A stretch of 64,000 nucleotides of DNA from Minisyncoccota bacterium (GCA_041665885.1 JBAYHY010000002.1:19129-83128); one strand, 5' to 3'; shown: positions 1 to 10,283, numbered from the stretch's first letter. A program made the numbers and translations. The notes: generated from the sequence alone by a model not told the origin.

Positions 1-441
1 TTCAATTTTATTTGCCATTATTCTTTCTCTCAAATAAATATATGTCCACCACAAAAGATGGATACCTCGACGCCTGGGTTTATCTATGAGATCCCATTTT
101 CTTTTGATGCTTTCTCTTAATAATTTTCTTGGACCATCAACAGCATATATTTTAGTTTTATGACCAATCTTTTGGAGCTTAATAACATTTTTTCTCTTTG
201 GAATATCAGACATCACCCAGGGAAATTTTGGTGCGATCTTTCGCATGTCTTTTGTTAGTTTTTTTAGTTTACTTTCTTGTTTTTTTATTGAATCGTTGGG
301 GTTATAGCCTAGTTGAGCCGTTCTTCCCTCGCCACTCGGGGCTTCGTCAATTATAATATCTGGCCGATGTCGCAGAACAGCATTCGCTTGTCTTAAATCT
401 ATGCCTTTTTCCTCACGACAATTATACTGAAGAATTTTCAT
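1..441 (-). CDS. hypothetical protein; an 87-aa ORF runs 441->178, and a second open frame (+1) continues to the window edge, so likely one gene broken at an A6 run near 185-195
   Basis: Manual translation gives MKILQYNCREEKGIDLRQANAVLRHRPDIIIDEAP... with a stop at 178-180. The +1 frame stays open to position 1 (..KLQKIGHKTKIYAVDGPRKLLRES..). This ORF is absent from the supplied track. No family recognised. Confidence 0.25.
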   Translation of the reverse strand, partial: MKILQYNCREEKGIDLRQANAVLRHRPDIIIDEAPSGEGRTAQLGYNPNDSIKKQESKLKKLTKDMRKIAPKFPWVMSDIPKRKNVIKLQKIGHKTKIYAVDGPRKLLRESIKRKWDLIDKPRRRGIHLLWWTYIYLRERIMANKIE

Positions 442-448
442 AAATTAA

Positions 449-1135
449 TTATTTAATAGCTTTTAACCTCTCTCCTTGCCAATATTCATAAAAAGGTCCA
501 AAAACAAGTCCTGACATAAACCAAAAAACAAATTCTTCTATTGGAACCCCTACCAATCTGGCGCCGCCTAAACCTGACAGGTAGGTTTGGTTTAACCACT
601 GTGGAGAAATTATAATAATAACTAAATAAAACAAAACAGAGATTGCGTCCATCAAAATTCCTGAAATAAGTGCGTTCATTATCAAATCCTTTCTCATAAA
701 TAGCATTACGACAGCAACAAGAAGCATTGCTACCATGCCTGACCAAAAAGAAGTTAGCCCTACTCCCCAAAACAAAAACATTGTAGTTTGCGCGAGCAAA
801 AATAGAATCATAAGACCTCCTCCCAGGTGGTGGTGCAATTTTCTTCTATAAAAACCGCGCTTGAACACTATTTCATAGATAGTCGCCATAATACCTCCCG
901 AAGTAAATCCCATGATAAAATCTTCAATTCCAATTTTAGTGCCGGTAATATTAATTGGCCTCCACCAATCAATGGTCCACCAGTAATAAGAAGTAAGTAG
1001 GCTTACAATCCCTATCATAATACTCATTAAGAGCATTTCTTGTCTCAAATCCTTTCTTTTTAGAAAAATTAAAACCCAAATTAAACAAAATGGGGTGAGG
1101 GCGATCAAATAAACATATTGATCAGTAATTTGCAT
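449..1135 (-). CDS. polytopic membrane protein with two internally repeated halves carrying P-I-E-E/D-F motifs; resembles lycopene cyclase domain (CrtYcd-like) proteins
   Basis: 228 aa, very hydrophobic. The motif ...PIEEFVFWFMSGL...YEYW is repeated as ...GIEDFIMGFTSGG...YEI. Confidence 0.35.
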   Translation of the reverse strand: MQITDQYVYLIALTPFCLIWVLIFLKRKDLRQEMLLMSIMIGIVSLLTSYYWWTIDWWRPINITGTKIGIEDFIMGFTSGGIMATIYEIVFKRGFYRRKLHHHLGGGLMILFLLAQTTMFLFWGVGLTSFWSGMVAMLLVAVVMLFMRKDLIMNALISGILMDAISVLFYLVIIIISPQWLNQTYLSGLGGARLVGVPIEEFVFWFMSGLVFGPFYEYWQGERLKAIK

Positions 1136-1147
1136 TGATTAATTATA

Positions 1148-3418
1148 TCATTTCTTTTTTAAACGAGCCCTTAGCACAATTATTTCGTCCCTTAGAATAG
1201 CAGCGGATTCGAAGTCGAGTTCTTTTACCGCTTTATTCATTTCTTTCTCTTTTATTTTAATTATTTTCTCATAAATAAAATTACCAATTTCTTCATCAGA
1301 CAAAATTGACTGACCTAAGCTTGTATTTGGAACTCTTTTTTTGTTTTTATTTTCTTTATTAAATTCTTTCGCATAAGCACGTTTAAAAACTTCCAGGTCG
1401 AGGTTAAGTTCTGCATTTACCGCTTTTCCATGCTCACTTTCCAACTCTTCGGTAATATCTTTTATCTTTTTCATAATCGTTTTCGGAGTAATGCCATGTT
1501 TTTTATTGTAAGCAAGCTGAATATTTCGGCGGCGAGTAGTTTCTTTGAGCGCATACTCCATTGCTCCCGTTATAATGTCAGCATAAAGAATTACCTTTCC
1601 TTCGCTGTTGCGCGCTGCACGCCCTATCGTTTGAATTAAGGAAGTTTCCGAACGTAAAAACCCCGCCTTATCGGCATCCAGAATACCAATGAGCGCCACT
1701 TCCGGCAGATCAAGTCCTTCACGTAAAAGATTAACGCCAACCAAAACATCAAACGCTCCTTTTCTAAATTGAGTAAGAATTTTTATTCGGTCTATCGTTT
1801 TTATATCGCTGTGCAAATATTCTGCTTTAATTTTTTTATCCTTAAGATAAACAGACAAGTCTTCCGCCATTTTTTTTGTTAATGTTGTAGCCAAAACTCT
1901 AAAACCTTTTTTAATCGTTTTTTCTGTCTCTTCAATAAAGTCCGCTATCTGTCCTTTGTAATTTCCTTTTTCACTAACAGGTCGAACTATTGTCTCTGGA
2001 TCCACAAGCCCAGTCGGGCGGATAATTTGTTCCACAACTTGTTCACTCTGGCTGCGTTCTTGTTCACTCGGCGTGGCGCTAGTGTAAATTACCGGACCGA
2101 TACGCTTTTGAAATTCTTCATATTTAAGCGGTCGATTATCTTTAGCCGAAGGCAAGCGAAAACCATATTCTACAAGAGTACTTTTACGAGAAGCATCGCC
2201 TGCATACATGCCTTGTAATTGTGGTAAGGTCACGTGCGATTCATCTATTATGGTGAGGAAGTCAGGCACATGCTCGTAGGAGTCTTCGCTACGTTCAGAA
2301 AGCAAATCTAGAGAATTTTCGAACGGTCTGGCCGGGGTGTGGGGCCCCGGAGAACCGAGGACCTGAGAAAATTCTACTGGATTTGCTTTGCTATGTGGAA
2401 AATACGAAAGTAGCGTTTCCGGTGGTTCACCTTCTTTTTTACCTGATAAATGTCTGGAATAATTTTCTATGCCGCTGCAATAACCAACTTCTTTAATCAT
2501 CGCGAGATCATAATTGGTTCTTCTTTTTATACGCTCGGCTTCTAGGAGTTTTCCCTCTTTCCCAAATTTTTTTAACTGCCCAGCCAATTCTTTTTTAATA
2601 TTAACTAGTGCTTTTTTAAGTTTCCCTTCTTCGGTAATAAAATGTTTGGCCGGAAAAATAAAGACATTTTTTTCTTCCGCTAAAATCTGCGAAGAAATAG
2701 GGTCAATTTTTGTTATTTTTGATATCGCATCACCCAAAAATTCTATTTGATACATAATCGTTTCCGAAATCGGCATAAATTCTACTCGCGCACCGACAGA
2801 ACGAAAAGTTCCGGGATTCAAGTCTGCATTTGTGCGCTCAAAATAAATTTCAATTAACTTTTTCATCAAAGTCATTCGATCCATCTTCGTGCCGATCTCA
2901 AGCTTGAGATTTACTTTTTCATACTCCTCCGGAGAACCCAAACCATAAATACAAGAAACAGAAGCAACAATTATCACATCTTTCCTTGTTAACAATGCTT
3001 GCGTGGTAGCGTGGCGCAAACGATCTATTTCTTTGTTTATTTGCGCATCTTTTTCAATATAAGTATCGGACACTGGCATATATGCTTCCGGTTGATAATA
3101 GTCATAATAAGAAACAAAATAATGGACAGCTGCCTCCGGAAAAAATTCGCGAAACTCTTGCGCGAGCTGAGCAGCCAGGGTTTTGTTGTGAGCTATCACA
3201 AGTGTGGGTTTGTTATACTGTGCGATAACGTTTGCCATAGTAAAAGTCTTACCGGTACCCGTCGCCCCCAGCAGGGTTTGCTTCCTCATTCCCCTATTAA
3301 GCCCGCCTAGAAGCCCTAAAATAGCTCCAGGCTGGTCTCCCGCTGGCTCAAACGGACTATTTAATTTAAATATATTTCCTTGATTTTTCGGCATATTTCT
3401 TATATTATCATAAGGCAA
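1148..3418 (-). CDS. uvrB: excinuclease ABC subunit B (UvrB), carrying a ~40-aa in-frame insertion
   Basis: Walker A LLGATGTGKTFTMANVIA, ENYSRHLSG and DESHVT helicase motifs, C-terminal UVR domain (ESAAILRDEIIVLRARL). 756 aa is longer than typical UvrB (~665 aa) because of the insertion at nt ~2275-2395. Confidence 0.95.
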   Translation of the reverse strand: MPYDNIRNMPKNQGNIFKLNSPFEPAGDQPGAILGLLGGLNRGMRKQTLLGATGTGKTFTMANVIAQYNKPTLVIAHNKTLAAQLAQEFREFFPEAAVHYFVSYYDYYQPEAYMPVSDTYIEKDAQINKEIDRLRHATTQALLTRKDVIIVASVSCIYGLGSPEEYEKVNLKLEIGTKMDRMTLMKKLIEIYFERTNADLNPGTFRSVGARVEFMPISETIMYQIEFLGDAISKITKIDPISSQILAEEKNVFIFPAKHFITEEGKLKKALVNIKKELAGQLKKFGKEGKLLEAERIKRRTNYDLAMIKEVGYCSGIENYSRHLSGKKEGEPPETLLSYFPHSKANPVEFSQVLGSPGPHTPARPFENSLDLLSERSEDSYEHVPDFLTIIDESHVTLPQLQGMYAGDASRKSTLVEYGFRLPSAKDNRPLKYEEFQKRIGPVIYTSATPSEQERSQSEQVVEQIIRPTGLVDPETIVRPVSEKGNYKGQIADFIEETEKTIKKGFRVLATTLTKKMAEDLSVYLKDKKIKAEYLHSDIKTIDRIKILTQFRKGAFDVLVGVNLLREGLDLPEVALIGILDADKAGFLRSETSLIQTIGRAARNSEGKVILYADIITGAMEYALKETTRRRNIQLAYNKKHGITPKTIMKKIKDITEELESEHGKAVNAELNLDLEVFKRAYAKEFNKENKNKKRVPNTSLGQSILSDEEIGNFIYEKIIKIKEKEMNKAVKELDFESAAILRDEIIVLRARLKKK
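2275..2395. repeat. imperfect palindromic element inserted in frame in uvrB; encodes ..SKANPVEFSQVLGSPGPHTPARPFENSLDLLSERSEDSYEHVP..
   Basis: Outer inverted repeats agcaaatctagagaattttc / gagaaaattctactggatttgct flank a GC-rich core ggccggggtgtggggccccgg. At this position E. coli UvrB has only ~4 residues (PADG). Confidence 0.6.
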
Positions 3419-3427
3419 AGAAAAAAT

Positions 3428-3500
3428 GCGCCCGTAGCTCAGCTGGTAGAGCAGATCCCTTTTAAGGATAAGGTCCTCGGTTCGATCCCGAGCGGGCGCA
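3428..3500 (+). tRNA. tRNA-Lys (anticodon TTT), no encoded CCA
   Basis: Cloverleaf folded by hand: acceptor GCGCCCG/CGGGCGC, anticodon loop CTTTTAA, T-arm CTCGG-TTCGATC-CCGAG. Confidence 0.9.
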
Positions 3501-3502
3501 CA

Positions 3503-4165
3503 CTAAAAAGCCTCAAGTAAAAACTGTTCTAGTGCTGATTCTGCATCTTGTCCGTTTTTGCGAGCTTCTGGTAGAAGATACGAGATTCTGGTGGCGTAAT
3601 TTTTAAGATCCTTCTCCTTGTGCTTATTAAAATTCTTTTTTAAAAGCAGATCTTTTATTTTCCAAAAAAGAACGCCCGTGATTTCCTCTAGGCTCACCCC
3701 GACGTCCACTGCCTGGCGAAAATAAATCCAAGTGTTGAGTTTATCCTTATTCGCAAAAGCGTTCGCTACTAAAAAATTGTCATATTTTTCTTTTTTTTCT
3801 TTTGGCAGTTCAAAAATATTGAGTTCGGCTCTGGCTTTTTTAAAAGCATCCAAAGTTGGTTTATTTAACTTTCCTTCCAAAAAAACAAAAGTGTTAATTG
3901 ATGCACCCATCTGCTCCATTTTTTCCAAAACAAAATCACGCGTTTCTTCGTGTTCAAAAATACCTTGAAAAACAACCGCACACAAGGCCGAAAAAAGGCT
4001 CGCTCCGGAATACAGGCTTTCTATTTGAATTGGGTCAAAATTATTCCTATTTACAAAAAAAACCTCTTCTGGCGAGATCCCTGCCTGCACAGGCAGGGAT
4101 TTTATGAATTTTTCATAATTAATAATTTTATTTTTTGCGTCGTCGCCAGAGAAAAGATAAATCAT
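3503..4165 (-). CDS. holA: DNA polymerase III delta subunit (HolA-like), short form
   Basis: N-terminal MIYLFSGDD (the YLLYGEE-type motif), followed by conserved hydrophobic blocks and a C-terminal W..G...EEI.G..FW block. Confidence 0.5.
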   Translation of the reverse strand: MIYLFSGDDAKNKIINYEKFIKSLPVQAGISPEEVFFVNRNNFDPIQIESLYSGASLFSALCAVVFQGIFEHEETRDFVLEKMEQMGASINTFVFLEGKLNKPTLDAFKKARAELNIFELPKEKKEKYDNFLVANAFANKDKLNTWIYFRQAVDVGVSLEEITGVLFWKIKDLLLKKNFNKHKEKDLKNYATRISYLLPEARKNGQDAESALEQFLLEAF

Positions 4166-4166
4166 A

Positions 4167-4676
4167 TTAAAACTTTACTATTTTTTTATATTCTCGATAA
4201 GGCACACCGTATTTCGCTTCCAGAAGTTTTTCTTGTTTATTTAAAAACGTATATTTTGCAAAAACAAAAGAGATAAATGAAAATAATATAACAAAAAAAG
4301 TATTCATAATCAGCCCAAAACCCAACATCAATAAAAAAAGTCCCCAGTGCGTAGGCCCCCGAGTGTATTTGTACGGTCCACGGTAAAAATTTTCTTTTGT
4401 GAGATTTTCTTTATTTAAATTCCTTGATGTTTTTTGGGCCCAAAAAACCAAAAGACTTCCGGAGATTAAAAAGAAAACACCGACGGGCACCATCAATGGG
4501 CTACTTGATACCTTAAAATTAAAAATTAAATCTAAAAAAATACCGCCTAGAAAAAAAGTAAAATAAACAGAGTATGAGTGAGCTAAAACCTTGTGAATAC
4601 TTCCCCTTGGGATGTAATTTTCCATATAATTATTGTACCTCGTAGTAAAACTTTTTACAAAGCCCCCTTTTAACAC
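4167..4676 (-). CDS. membrane methyltransferase of the isoprenylcysteine carboxyl methyltransferase (ICMT/PEMT) family
   Basis: Four or five TM helices. FYRGPYKYTRGPTHWGLFLLMLG resembles the GxYxxxRHPxYxG motif of ICMT-family enzymes. Confidence 0.4.
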   Translation of the reverse strand: MLKGGFVKSFTTRYNNYMENYIPRGSIHKVLAHSYSVYFTFFLGGIFLDLIFNFKVSSSPLMVPVGVFFLISGSLLVFWAQKTSRNLNKENLTKENFYRGPYKYTRGPTHWGLFLLMLGFGLIMNTFFVILFSFISFVFAKYTFLNKQEKLLEAKYGVPYREYKKIVKF

Positions 4677-4688
4677 ACCACAGGCAAA

Positions 4689-7145
4689 TCACTTAACTTC
4701 CATAAAATTATCCCCAGACCCATAGTGCACCTCAAGTGGAATTTCTGTTTTGTAATGTAAATATGATCTCTCGAGCACACCTTCCATCGCTTTTTCTATT
4801 ATTTTTGTTGCTTGTGCCGATACCCCTTCTTCTATTTCATAAACTAGCTCGTCGTGTATTTGAAGCACTAGGTGAACTTTTTCCAACAGTGCCGCCTTTT
4901 TTAAATCTTCCTCTGCATACCTTATGGCAAGCTTGATAATATCCGCCGTAGCCGTACCTTGGACTGGCGCATTCATCGCTGTCCGCTCAGCCATATTTTT
5001 CAAAAATGGAATTCTGGATTTTATGTTTGGAAAATATCTGCGCCTGCCAAACATAGTCTCCGTATAATAATTTTTAGAAGCATCCACTTTTACTTTCTCT
5101 AGATAATCCCGCACCCCAGAAAACTGATTAAAATAATTATCATAAAACTTTTGTGCCTCCTCTCGGGTGCCTCCGAGATTTTTTCGAAGAGCTGAAACAC
5201 CCATACCATATATGATACCAAAATTTATTACTTTTGCTTTCCGTCTCATTTCTCTATCCACCGCATCTATCGGAACACCAAAAACAAAAGACGCTACTCC
5301 GGCGTGAATATCTTTTTTGTCTTTAAATATTTGAGTCATTTTCTTGTCCGCGGAAAGAATCGCGACGACCCGAAGCTCAATCTGGCTATAATCAAAAGCA
5401 ACAAGTTTAGAGCCCCCGGCGGCGACAAAGCCACCCCGAATCTTTTTTCCTAGCTCTGTTTTTACGGGTAAATTTTGTAAGTTTGGATCTTGAGAAGAAA
5501 ATCTTCCTGTTGTGGTATTGTTTTGTAAAAACTTGGCGTGTAGCCGCCCGTCTTCTGCAACCATTTTAGGAATTACATCGATGTAAGTTGAAAGCAATTT
5601 TTGTAGTTCTCTATAAGCTAAAATTTCTTTTATAATCGGATTATCTTCTTCCAGTTCTTCTAAAATGGAAACCTTGGTGGAGAAAGATCCACTGGCCTTT
5701 TTCTTTTTTCCGGAGACTATTCCCATTTTCTCAAAAAGCACTTCGCCCAGTTGTTTTGGTGAATTAATGTTAAATTCTATCCCCGCAATTTTATATATTT
5801 TTTTGGTTAAGTCATCCAACTCTGAGTGATATTCATTTGATAATTTTTCAAAATATTTCTTATCTATTAAAATCCCAAAATCCTCCATCTTTTTAACAAT
5901 TGGAATAATCGGGCGCTCTATCTCCTCATATACATTATATAAGCTTGCCCCGCCCTGGCGTGGGTTTTGCTCATTTAGCTTCTCAAAAATATATTTATAG
6001 GCGTCCTCAAAAGATTTTGTTTTAGCAAAAAGTAAAATATCTTCCAGCTGCGGATTTGAAATATCGGAATTAATCAACCAAAGAGCAATACTGGCTTCTT
6101 GTAATTTTTGAGAAGAAATCTGAGAAAGCAAAGTTTTCTCGGGTCCTCGGAACTCTCCGTCCCCTACCCCAGCCAGACCAGCTCTAAAACTTTCTTTCTC
6201 AAATTTCTCTCCGTCTCCGTTGCCTAAAAAACTTTTTAACCGCGCGAATAAACTTCTAAATTCAAAATTAGTAAAAACTCCTTCTATTTTTTCTGGCTCC
6301 ACGCTCTCCCAGAATGTTTTTGTTGGTAAAACAAAATCTATCGGGGCATCGGTACGAATAGTCGCGAGTGTTTTAGAAAACAACGCCTCTTCTTCGTTAT
6401 TTTTAAGTAATTCAACCATCCTCGGGCTAATCCCGATTTTTGTGAAAGCGTTTTCATCTTTTTTAATTTTCTTATATATTTCTTCTACCGTTCCAAAACT
6501 TGAAATTAAAATTTCAGCAGTTTTTTCCCCAATACCTTTAATGCCGATAATATTGTCTGATGGATCACCGCGAAGTCCTTTGTAGTCCGGCAAAAACTTG
6601 GGCTTAAAATGAAAACGATTTATAACGGCGTCTTCATCATACAAAATGGTGTCATTAATCCCTTTCTTTAAGGTATACACTTGCACCTTTTTATCATCCA
6701 CGAGTTGCATGGTATCCATGTCTCCCGAGGCAATAATAATTTTTATGTTTTTGTCTTTTTTGTGTTTTTCTACTATTGTCCCCAAAATATCATCAGCCTC
6801 AAAACCAGGGGCATCATAAATAGGAATATTAAAACAAGTAAAAATTTGGCGCGACTCTTTGAGCTGCATCACCAAAGCATCGTCTGCTTTTGCTCTCCCT
6901 GCTTTGTATCCGTCATATGCTTCATGCCTGAACGTTTTTTGAGGTAGATCATAACAAGCGACAATATAGTCCGGCTTAAGCTCAGTAATTATTTTCATGA
7001 GCATGCTGGCAAGTCCATACAGAGCCCCCGTTGGTTCACCCTTAGAAGATAAAAATTCGGGCAGAGCGTGATACGCCCGGTGAATAATGGCGTGAGCGTC
7101 GAGTAATATTAGTTTTTTGCTTTTCCCTTCGTTTGGTTTAGGCAT
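4689..7145 (-). CDS. polA: DNA polymerase I (5'-3' exonuclease domain plus polymerase domain)
   Basis: N-terminal LILLDAHAIIHRAYHAL (5'-3' exo). Polymerase motifs RRKAKVINFGIIYGMG and QIHDELVYE. Confidence 0.95.
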   Translation of the reverse strand: MPKPNEGKSKKLILLDAHAIIHRAYHALPEFLSSKGEPTGALYGLASMLMKIITELKPDYIVACYDLPQKTFRHEAYDGYKAGRAKADDALVMQLKESRQIFTCFNIPIYDAPGFEADDILGTIVEKHKKDKNIKIIIASGDMDTMQLVDDKKVQVYTLKKGINDTILYDEDAVINRFHFKPKFLPDYKGLRGDPSDNIIGIKGIGEKTAEILISSFGTVEEIYKKIKKDENAFTKIGISPRMVELLKNNEEEALFSKTLATIRTDAPIDFVLPTKTFWESVEPEKIEGVFTNFEFRSLFARLKSFLGNGDGEKFEKESFRAGLAGVGDGEFRGPEKTLLSQISSQKLQEASIALWLINSDISNPQLEDILLFAKTKSFEDAYKYIFEKLNEQNPRQGGASLYNVYEEIERPIIPIVKKMEDFGILIDKKYFEKLSNEYHSELDDLTKKIYKIAGIEFNINSPKQLGEVLFEKMGIVSGKKKKASGSFSTKVSILEELEEDNPIIKEILAYRELQKLLSTYIDVIPKMVAEDGRLHAKFLQNNTTTGRFSSQDPNLQNLPVKTELGKKIRGGFVAAGGSKLVAFDYSQIELRVVAILSADKKMTQIFKDKKDIHAGVASFVFGVPIDAVDREMRRKAKVINFGIIYGMGVSALRKNLGGTREEAQKFYDNYFNQFSGVRDYLEKVKVDASKNYYTETMFGRRRYFPNIKSRIPFLKNMAERTAMNAPVQGTATADIIKLAIRYAEEDLKKAALLEKVHLVLQIHDELVYEIEEGVSAQATKIIEKAMEGVLERSYLHYKTEIPLEVHYGSGDNFMEVK

Positions 7146-7214
7146 CGTATAAATTGTGTCCGATAGCGAAACTATACTAAATAAAGTTTTACTATCGAAT
7201 TATACCATTTTAAG

Positions 7215-7220
7215 TTATAA
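7215..7220 (+). promoter_or_regulatory. TATAAT -10 box 9 nt upstream of the gspE ATG (near-leaderless transcript)
   Basis: ttataatctacttaaATG; there is no SD in between. Confidence 0.3.
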
Positions 7221-7229
7221 TCTACTTAA

Positions 7230-8926
7230 ATGGCCTCATTTGACGAAGAAAAACAAAATAAGCAATTAGAAGAGTTGCACAAACAAGAAGAAGAGCAGCT
7301 GGTCGCCACCTTGGCAGAATCAAAATATCATCTTCCTTATGTAGATTTACAGCGGCTGAGCGTGGACAATGAAGCGCTTCGAATAATTTCCGAAAAGGAT
7401 TGCCGAGAAATGAATGTGGCTCCGTTTAAACTCTTCGGGAAAAATATTTTTATTGCAGTACGTTCTCCAAATGATGACCTCTTGAGAAAACTAAAAGAAG
7501 ACGTGGAAAGAAAAAATTTAATTCCCACCTTTTATATGGTTTCAACCGCCAGTATTAATAAGGTTTGGGATAGATATAAAGAAATATCCATGGCAGAAAG
7601 TTCAAGAATCGGGGGTATCGATATTTCCGGAGAAATTTTAAGAGAAACTTCAAAAAAAATAGAAAAAATACAGGATATCCAAAAGATGGTGACCGAGGCG
7701 CTGGAGGGAAACAAAATTCATAAAATCTCTCGATTATTGGAAATAATTTTAGCCGGGGCCATCGCCATAAAGCTTCTGATATACACATTGAACCGGAACA
7801 AGAGCGCGGAAGATTGAGGCTACGTCTCGATGGAGTATTGCAGGACACAAATTTTTTCGGATTAGATGTTTACCGATTATTAAATTCTCGTATCAAGCTC
7901 CTCTCTGGGATGAAACTTACTTCCAAAATTGCCCAAGACGGGCGCTTCAGCATCATAGAGGACAAAGATGAAATAAGTATTCGTGCTTCACTTATCCCGG
8001 GAGCTTATGGTGAATCAATCGTCATGCGTATTTTGGACCCAAAATCTATCCAAGTAAAATTAGAAGAGATTGGTATTGAACCCTTCCTTTTTTCTATCAT
8101 TCAAGAAAAAATATCAAAACCAAATGGTTTAATCCTGGTCACCGGCCCAACCGGCTCTGGTAAGACCACCACCCTTTATGCCTTCCTACGAAAAATTTAC
8201 TCCTCAGAAATAAAAATAATAACCATTGAGGACCCAGTGGAATATCATTTATCCGGGGTGACCCAAACCCAAACGAATGAGGAAAAGGGCTATACCTTCG
8301 CAGAGGGCTTGCGCTCTGCTCTTCGCCAAGACCCGGACGTGGTGATGGTTGGAGAAATTCGTGACAACGAAACTGCGGAAATAGCGGTTCAGTCCGCTCT
8401 CACGGGGCACATCGTTTTTTCCACCTTGCACACAAACAATGCAGCGGGAGTTATTCCTCGCCTTATTAATTTAGGCGTAAACCCTAAAATTTTAGTTTCC
8501 GCCCTTTCTCTTTCCATCGCCCAGCGGCTAGTGCGCAAACTATGCACCTCTTGTAAAAAAGAAAAAACCCCCACCGAGGCTGAAATACAAATTTTGAAAC
8601 TAGTTATACAAAGCATCAAAGACGAGGGCAAAAATCTTTCAAATTATAATATCAACCCAGACGCCCCAATTAAATTATTTTCAGCTGTCGGTTGTGACAA
8701 ATGCAACATGACCGGCTACAAAGGACGTATTGGTATTTTTGAAGCAATAAAGACAGACGAAGCAATAGAAAAAATAATCCCGGAAAATCCAAGCGAAAGG
8801 GAAATCAAGGTTGTCGCCAGAGGTCAGGGAACCCTTACCATGCGCCAAGACGGAATTGTAAAAATAATAAACGGCACCACTTCCATGGAGGAAGTGCAAA
8901 GTGTGGTTGATCTAACAGAAGAATAA
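7230..8926 (+). pseudogene. gspE: type II secretion / type IV pilus assembly ATPase GspE/PilB, broken by a -1 frameshift near 7768-7775 into ORFs 7230..7817 and 7814..8926
   Basis: ORF1 carries the T2SSE N-terminal domain and ends ..ILAGAIAIK. In the -1 frame the sequence continues ASDIHIEPEQERGRLRLRLDGVL, then Walker A LILVTGPTGSGKTT, the TLHTNNAAG His box and tetra-Cys CTSCKK..CDKCNMTG. Adding one G after ataaag would fuse the frames. Confidence 0.85.
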
Positions 8927-8940
8927 TCTTCCCACAAAAA

Positions 8941-9091
8941 AAGCATTAATCTCTAAACAATCCTTTTGGGGCTGTGCCCCAAGAGTAACAAAGTATTATA
9001 GGATAGTACCAGCGAACTAATTAAAGTGCCAAAACGTCCTATGCAAATTCGTATAACCTGTGGCTGATTGCTTAGAGATTAATGCCTTCTA
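8941..9091. repeat. ~150 bp structured element closed by a 20-bp inverted repeat (19/20 match); MITE-like or small structured RNA
   Basis: gcattaatctctaaacaatc ... gattgcttagagattaatgc, with internal hairpins ttggggc-tgt-gccccaa and ataggat..gtcctat. Lies between gspE and ruvB. Confidence 0.4.
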
Positions 9092-9134
9092 AAAAATCTC
9101 TTGTTCTATTGTACTATGATTAAATTTTCAGCAA

Positions 9135-9143
9135 ATGTTATAA
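9135..9143 (+). promoter_or_regulatory. extended -10 (TGtTATAAT) candidate promoter for ruvB
   Basis: tgttataat lies ~70 nt upstream of the ruvB ATG. Confidence 0.3.
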
Positions 9144-9212
9144 TGTGTATAGCTATGTGTATACCGTGTTGATAAAACAACGATATAACCAATATAGCAT
9201 AATATTAAATAA

Positions 9213-10253
9213 ATGTCAAGCAAAAATACTAAAAACCTAAACGAAACAGCTCCGGAAAAAATTGTAAACAATGACGACTCTTTTTTAGACCAAACCCTCC
9301 GCCCCACCCGCTGGGATGAGTATATTGGCCAAAAACACATAAAAGATAACGTTAGAATCCTCCTTCGGGCCGCTGAAGAACGAGGGCATATTCCTGAACA
9401 CATATTGTTTTACGGGCCTCCTGGGCTTGGAAAAACGACCCTAGCCCACCTGATTGCCAAAGAAACAGGAAGACAAATGAAAGTCACTTCTGGACCGGCA
9501 ATTGAAAAAGTGGGAGATTTGGCCTCCATTCTTACAAATTTAGCTGCTGGCGACATTCTTTTTATAGACGAAATTCATAGACTCAATAAAATGGTTGAAG
9601 AAATTCTCTACCCCGCGATGGAATCCGGTGTTTTAGATATCATTATCGGAAAAGGACCCTCGGCCCGCACCATTCAACTTGAACTGCCTCCTTTTACCCT
9701 AATCGCGGCGACCACCAGAGTGGCGATGGTTTCCTCTCCCCTTCGTTCTCGCTTTTCGGGTGGCGTTTTCCGTCTGGAATTTTATTCCAACGAAGAAATT
9801 GCAAAAATTATAGAACGCTCCAGTAAACTTTTAAAAACGAAACTGGAAAACGATGCCTTGAAAGAAATTGCCGAAAGAAGTCGTTTTACCCCCCGCACCG
9901 CAAATTATTTTTTGAAACGTTGTCGTGATTTTGCCCAGGTGCACAAAAAGGGGCTAGACAAAAAAACAGTTCGCGAGGCGCTTAATATGTTGGCAATAGA
10001 CGATATCGGCCTAAATTCGTCTGATAGAAAGTTTTTGGAAATATTAATTGAAAAATTTGGTGGCGGACCAGTCGGATTAAAAACAATTGGTGCGGCAATG
10101 TCTGAAGAAGAAGCAACAGTAGAGGAAGTGATAGAACCATATTTGATCCAACTCGGCCTCCTCGAGCGCTCCCCGCGCGGCCGCATCGCCACAAATAAAG
10201 CATATGAACACTTGGGGTTTGATCTTAAAAAAAATCAGGAAAAACTTTTGTAA
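9213..10253 (+). CDS. ruvB: Holliday junction branch-migration helicase RuvB
   Basis: YIGQ.., Walker A GPPGLGKTTLAHLIA, DEIHRL, and a C-terminal winged-helix region. Confidence 0.95.
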   Translation: MSSKNTKNLNETAPEKIVNNDDSFLDQTLRPTRWDEYIGQKHIKDNVRILLRAAEERGHIPEHILFYGPPGLGKTTLAHLIAKETGRQMKVTSGPAIEKVGDLASILTNLAAGDILFIDEIHRLNKMVEEILYPAMESGVLDIIIGKGPSARTIQLELPPFTLIAATTRVAMVSSPLRSRFSGGVFRLEFYSNEEIAKIIERSSKLLKTKLENDALKEIAERSRFTPRTANYFLKRCRDFAQVHKKGLDKKTVREALNMLAIDDIGLNSSDRKFLEILIEKFGGGPVGLKTIGAAMSEEEATVEEVIEPYLIQLGLLERSPRGRIATNKAYEHLGFDLKKNQEKLL

Positions 10254-10283
10254 AAAAAGATGCCGCCCGATGATTTGGGCGGC
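10251..10283 (-). terminator. rho-independent terminator for the minus-strand small gene (hairpin gccgccc..gggcggc followed by a T-run on the minus strand)
   Basis: The plus strand reads aaaaaaagatgccgcccgatgatttgggcggc; on the minus strand the hairpin is followed by tcttttttt. Confidence 0.5.

Noticed and set aside
486-770. Nested or antisense ORFs of 60-130 aa inside larger conserved genes (e.g. 486..770, 1430..1639, 2027..2218, 6220..6585, 9905..10192, 12618..12938, 15175..15696, 53960..54562, 55023..55588).
   Set aside because: They overlap well-supported genes (uvrB, polA, ruvB, tyrS, the penicillin-binding protein, pnp) on the opposite strand or in another frame, have low-complexity or Ser/Phe-rich products, and have no independent start signals.
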